64,000 nt of DNA, from assembly GCA_963752285.1 (NCBI GenBank), contig CAVVXN010000005.1, forward strand, positions 864,001 through 928,000, in the 5' to 3' direction. Of this stretch, positions 59,900 to 64,000 are shown piece after piece. The notes beneath the pieces were generated by a model. That model ran no database searches, was not told the DNA's origin, and worked only from the letters and a program-made list of their open reading frames with translations. Each line of letters starts with the position of its first letter. Positions within the stretch are counted from its first letter, which is position 1. This stretch comes from an uncultured Planctomycetota bacterium (lineage in GTDB: Bacteria; Planctomycetota; PLA2; JAEUHO01). The position numbers were made by a program, and so were the translations under genes.

Positions 59900-60325
59900 G
59901 TAGTTCGCCTCGCGCTCGAAGCGCTCGGTGACCGCGGGGTCGAGGGAGCGCTCGCAGTCTTCGGTGAGCCCGTACGCGTCCCGCTGCCACTCCAAGCTCC
60001 AGTGCCCAGCCTCGTGCAACATGAGCCACGGACGGCGCCGAGGGGGCTCGTCACGACCGACGAGGATGAGCCGCTTCGCGAAGTGAAGGAGGGCGCGGAC
60101 CTTCTCCAAGGCCTGCTTGAACGGCGCGCTGAGACCGCGACGGATCTTCGCCAGAAAGCCGGGCTCAAGATTCTCCTCTTCGACTGTGAGTTTCGTGTGC
60201 TCGACGATGGCATCGACCGGGGTCGGGAACACGCCGGCGGCTCCCGACTCGCGCAGGAGGCGGGCCGCGCGTTCGCGGACCCGCCGCGCGTCCTCTGGTG
60301 TCATCTGGTCCTCCAGTGCGGCCAT
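59900..60325 (-). pseudogene. Truncated ImmA/IrrE-family metallopeptidase
   Basis: FPTPVDAI, LHEAGH (HExxH), EREANY; family-like sequence stops right after EREANY. Confidence 0.75.
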
Positions 60326-60517
60326 GTCACTTGCGAGCCGGTCCCTGACCGGTATCTGACTTCCGCATCTCTGTACGGTCAAGGGGAATCCCACGGTCCC
60401 CTGTACGTGGTCGTGTCAAGTGCCCCCCCAATGGTCGTCGAACCTGCCCCCCTTGGAGCCTGCCGATCCACGCGCTCTTCCGAGCGCTCTCGCCTCCTTT
60501 CCTGCGGGTCTTTAGAT

Positions 60518-60739
60518 GGGGGTGTAGCGTTCTGTCTCCAAAAGACTCCCCGACCGGAGGAGCCGGGGCCCTCTCGCTGCAGCGAGCGTAGCGGGCGAAA
60601 GCGAGAGGGCCCCGGCGCGACCGCGCCGGGGGGAAAGCGGTGGCGGATCAGCGCCGATCCAACTGCAGGTGACCAAACCAAGCAGGAGGAACCGGCGTGA
60701 CCCACCACCCGCAGGCTACGTCCATCGATCGGATCCTGG
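60518..60739 (+). pseudogene. IS256 left IR, leader and first ~14 codons (near-identical to the intact copy)
   Basis: GGGGGTGTAGCGTTC...AAAAGACTCCCCGACCGG; MTHHPQATSIDRIL, then similarity stops. Confidence 0.9.
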
Positions 60740-60767
60740 CCGGGCCGACCGAGTGGCCGGGGTCCGG

Positions 60768-62306
60768 TCAGGACTCGAGCTGGAAGAAGCGGCGGATCAG
60801 GAAGATCAGCTTCTGCGTCCGGTCCTCCACGCGCTCGCGCGTGGCCGAGTCGAGCATCGTGCGGGCCTCCTGGAGGCCCTCGCGGCGCAGCGCGGCGGCC
60901 TCGGCGAGGCGCGTGGCGAGCTCGGGCGATCCCTGGAGCGCCTCGCGGATCGAGTCCGCGCCCATGCGGATCAGACGCGCGTCGGCCATCGTGCGGACGG
61001 TCGCGCTGCGCGGCTCTCCCGTGAGGAGGCTCATCTCCCCGAAGATGTCGCCCGCCCGGAGCGTGGCGACGCGCTTCTCGCTCTCGCCGTCCTCGATGAA
61101 CACCTCGGCGATGCCCGTGTCGATCAGGTAGCACGAGTCCCCGACGTCGCCCTGCACGACGACCCGCTCGTGCGTCCCGTACGTCTCGAGCGTCGCACCG
61201 TGCGAGAGCCCGTCGAGGAGAGGTTCGGGTAGGGAGCGGAAGAAGGGCACCGACTGCAACCTCTCGCGCACGACGCGCACCTGCTGCTCGCTGCTCGGCG
61301 TCTCGGGGGCGGCGAGCTGGCGCACCTCGCGGACGGGATACGGGAACGAGATCCCGGCGCGCGCGAATTGGTACCAGACGGATACGTTCACCTCGGAGCG
61401 GATGTCGGGGACCCGGTAGGGGTCGGTCACCCAGATCTTCACCTCGTAGTCGATCGACGACTCGCCGTACTGCCAGAGGCGGACCAGCGGCGTGGGTGTC
61501 GGCGCCACGTCCCGCACGTCGCGGAGCGCCGCGCGAAGGACCCGTCGCACGCGGTTCGGGGGCACGTCGTAGGGCGCCGAGACGTGAAGCAGCTCGGCGT
61601 GCTCGCGCGTCGGGCGCGAGAGGTTGCGGATGCGCGCCTGGCTGATCGTGCGGTTCGGGACGATGACCAAGTCGCCGGGGCGCGACCGGAGCTTCGTCGT
61701 GCGCCGGGTGATCTCCACCACCTCTCCCTCGTCCCCCTCGACCTGGATCCAGTCGCCGATCGCGTACATCCCCTCGGTGACGATCGAGATGCCCGCGAAG
61801 AAGTTCTGGAGGGTCTCCTGCAGGGCGAGACCGATGATCACGGTCCCGACGGCCGAGGCCGTGAGCAGGCCCGTGAAGGCGCCCGCCTGCGCCCAGACCA
61901 CCCCCACCACGACGAACAGCGCCAGGACCCACACCACCCAGCGGCCGGCGTCGAGCAGCAGGACGGGGATCCGGAGCCCGAGCTCCTCCGTCGCGACCTG
62001 CGACGAGAGGAACGCGCGCACGAGCGCGTACGCCGCCGTCGCGCCGACGAAGAAGAGGATGCTCCACCCGACGTTCGCGGGGATGTACGAGCCCATCGCT
62101 CCGCTCGGCTCGACGCCGAACGCGAAGGGACCGCCCGAGAAGCCCGATCCGAGGATCAGCCCGACCGCGGGACCGAAGAGGAGCAACGGCGCCGCGACCG
62201 CGCGCCACCACCGCGCACGACGGCGCACGAGGGCCCGCAGGAACAGGACGCCGAGGACGGCGCCGGCGACCCCGAACAACGCGCCGACGAGCCAACCGAG
62301 GTTCAT
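60768..62306 (-). CDS. MscS-family mechanosensitive channel with C-terminal cNMP-binding domain
   Basis: IGLALQETLQNFFAG, IGDWIQ, IVPN; C-terminal QGDVGDSCYLI...GDIFGEMSLLTGEPRSATV. Confidence 0.92.
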   Translation of the reverse strand: MNLGWLVGALFGVAGAVLGVLFLRALVRRRARWWRAVAAPLLLFGPAVGLILGSGFSGGPFAFGVEPSGAMGSYIPANVGWSILFFVGATAAYALVRAFLSSQVATEELGLRIPVLLLDAGRWVVWVLALFVVVGVVWAQAGAFTGLLTASAVGTVIIGLALQETLQNFFAGISIVTEGMYAIGDWIQVEGDEGEVVEITRRTTKLRSRPGDLVIVPNRTISQARIRNLSRPTREHAELLHVSAPYDVPPNRVRRVLRAALRDVRDVAPTPTPLVRLWQYGESSIDYEVKIWVTDPYRVPDIRSEVNVSVWYQFARAGISFPYPVREVRQLAAPETPSSEQQVRVVRERLQSVPFFRSLPEPLLDGLSHGATLETYGTHERVVVQGDVGDSCYLIDTGIAEVFIEDGESEKRVATLRAGDIFGEMSLLTGEPRSATVRTMADARLIRMGADSIREALQGSPELATRLAEAAALRREGLQEARTMLDSATRERVEDRTQKLIFLIRRFFQLES

Positions 62307-62573
62307 GTTCCGGACTCCGCTCCCGAGACGTGAGCCCCGGACCGGGGAGGGTACCGCCCGCGGACCCGGGGGTGAGGTTCGAGCGAGAGGACCGCGCGGT
62401 CCGGGTCGGAGGCGGCGCGCCGCCGACCGGAGGGCGCGCCGGGCGCGCACGGGCCGAGGCCCTCGCTTCGGGCGCGCGGCGGCGGGTCCCGGTGCGCGGC
62501 GCAATCCCCGCCCGGGCCACCCGGAAGGCGTACGATCGGGCCTTCGAACTCCTCCCCCGTCCCGAGAACCTCG

Positions 62574-64000
62574 ATGCCCAAGCGCACCTTCGTCTTCCTC
62601 GCGGCCGCCCTCGTGCTCGCCCTCCTCCCGGCCGCCCCGTCCCGGGGCGACGACATCGACGAGGCCTCCGCGGGTCACGCCGTCACCACGCTCCTCGACA
62701 AGGCGACGGCGACCGACCCCCGCGACGTCTGGACCCTCGGCGAGGCCCTCGCCGAGAACGGGAAGCCCGCGATCCGGCCCCTCAAGGACGCCGCCAAGGA
62801 CGCGGCACCGGCCCCGCGCCTCGCGATCGCCCGGGCGCTGATCCTCCTGAAGGACGTGACCGCCGGACTCGAGATGGCGAAGGGCGTCGTGGCCGACGAC
62901 GCGGCGTCCGCGGACCTCAAGGTCGCGGCCCTCGGCCTGATCGGCCAGGAGGGCGAGCTCGAAGAGTCCGAGTGGCTCCTCGACACGATCGACACGACGC
63001 TCGAGCCCCACGTCAAGATGGCCATGGCGAAGGCGCTCTGGACGCTCAACGCCGGCACCGAGGCGAAGGAGAAGGGGAAGCAGGTCCTCCTCGCCTACCT
63101 CAAGAGCACCGACGCCGACCTGAGAGCCGACGGGGCCCTGGCCCTCGGCGAGATCGGCGCCGCCGCGGAGGCCCGCCCGACGCTCATCGAGCTGAGGGAA
63201 GAGCCCACCGAGCGGGGCCGGAGCGCGGCCTTCCTGCTCCGGGTCCTCGCGCTGCAGGAGGCCCGGGACCACGACCTCTCGACGCCGCCCCCCGCCACCG
63301 AGCCGCCCGATCCCGACCTCGCGCCCGGTGCGCCGCGGCGCTGGCCGCTGCTCGACGAGATCTACGACGCGCTCAACCAGGCGTACGTGGACGCGGACAA
63401 GGTCGAGCGGAAGAAGATCGAAGACGCGATGGCCGCCGGCATCACGGCCGCGCTGGACCCCTTCACGAGCTACCTCCCGCCGAGCGAGAACGCGAAGCTC
63501 GTCGAGGGCCTCGACCCCACGTACGGCGGCGTCGGCGCGTACGTCTACAACGACCCCAAGAACCAGGAGCGCTTCACGATCAGCCGCCCGATCTTCGGGG
63601 GCCCGATCTACCGCGCGGGGCTACGCACGGGCGACGTCGTCATGACGATCTCCGGCCAGACGACGGAGGCCATGTCCGTCGAGGACGCGGTCCGACTCCT
63701 CAAGGGCCCGCCCGGAACGGACGTCACGATCACCGTGTACCGCCGTGGCTGGGACGAGCCCCAGCCGTACACGCTGAAGCGCGCGCGGATCACGATTCCG
63801 ACGACGGCCTGGGACGTGCTGCCGGGCCAGATCGGGTTCCTCCAGATCCTCGCCTTCTCGCAGGACACGGGCCGCGAGGTCGCCAAGATCATGGACCGCT
63901 TCCAGCAGGAGGACGTGAAGGGGATCGTGCTCGACCTCCGCTACAACGGCGGCGGGCTGCTCCAGACGGCGGTGGAGATCGCGAGCCAGTTCCTGCCCCG
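62574..64000 (+). CDS. S41-family C-terminal processing protease (PDZ) with N-terminal HEAT-like repeats; runs off the window
   Basis: Signal MPKRTFVFLAAALVL; LRADGALALGEIG; LDPFTSY, YGGVGAYV, RAGLRTGDV, LLKGPPGT, IVLDLRYNGGG. Confidence 0.9.
   Translation, partial: MPKRTFVFLAAALVLALLPAAPSRGDDIDEASAGHAVTTLLDKATATDPRDVWTLGEALAENGKPAIRPLKDAAKDAAPAPRLAIARALILLKDVTAGLEMAKGVVADDAASADLKVAALGLIGQEGELEESEWLLDTIDTTLEPHVKMAMAKALWTLNAGTEAKEKGKQVLLAYLKSTDADLRADGALALGEIGAAAEARPTLIELREEPTERGRSAAFLLRVLALQEARDHDLSTPPPATEPPDPDLAPGAPRRWPLLDEIYDALNQAYVDADKVERKKIEDAMAAGITAALDPFTSYLPPSENAKLVEGLDPTYGGVGAYVYNDPKNQERFTISRPIFGGPIYRAGLRTGDVVMTISGQTTEAMSVEDAVRLLKGPPGTDVTITVYRRGWDEPQPYTLKRARITIPTTAWDVLPGQIGFLQILAFSQDTGREVAKIMDRFQQEDVKGIVLDLRYNGGGLLQTAVEIASQFLP

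Noticed and set aside
60370..60420. TTGACA and paired GTACAG upstream of the ImmA fragment as promoter/operator
   Set aside because: No acceptable -10 element at the right spacing.
60768..62306. MscS-cNMP fusion as a novelty
   Set aside because: Already described architecture (bacterial cyclic-nucleotide-gated MscS homologs).

Overview
High-GC bacterial chromosome window. Gene content (DUF1800/DUF1501 pairs, HEAT-repeat and prenyltransferase-repeat proteins, carboxypeptidase-regulatory-like repeat proteins) suggests Planctomycetota; this is an inference. Positions 1-40340 and 60770-64000 look like core genome: lgt, TolC, an ECF sigma with a putative anti-sigma, a ThiL-TsaE fusion, thiE, dapB, an SLC13 permease, a WecA-like transferase, two DUF1800/DUF1501 pairs, an octaheme cytochrome, sugar-nucleotide enzymes, accBC, asd, moaC, comM, MscS-cNMP and an S41 protease. 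Between comM and mscS (~40400-60740) is a ~20 kb island of visibly lower GC with no recognisable integrase. It is a mosaic of short IS remnants (IS1634, IS256, IS21, IS91, IS3) plus one intact IS256 with an 8-bp target-site duplication. Between the remnants sit repeated, divergent cassettes built from three parts: a small secreted Cys-rich protein, an N-terminally anchored ~540-690 aa beta-sandwich (carboxypeptidase-regulatory-like) protein (five paralogs), and a MauE/DoxX CGC membrane protein (two copies). A second cassette type pairs a secreted beta-rich protein (split by the IS256 but reconstructable in frame) with an anchored helical protein. This polymorphic cassette array is the best candidate for an undescribed system. 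All calls come from reading motifs by eye; no searches were run.
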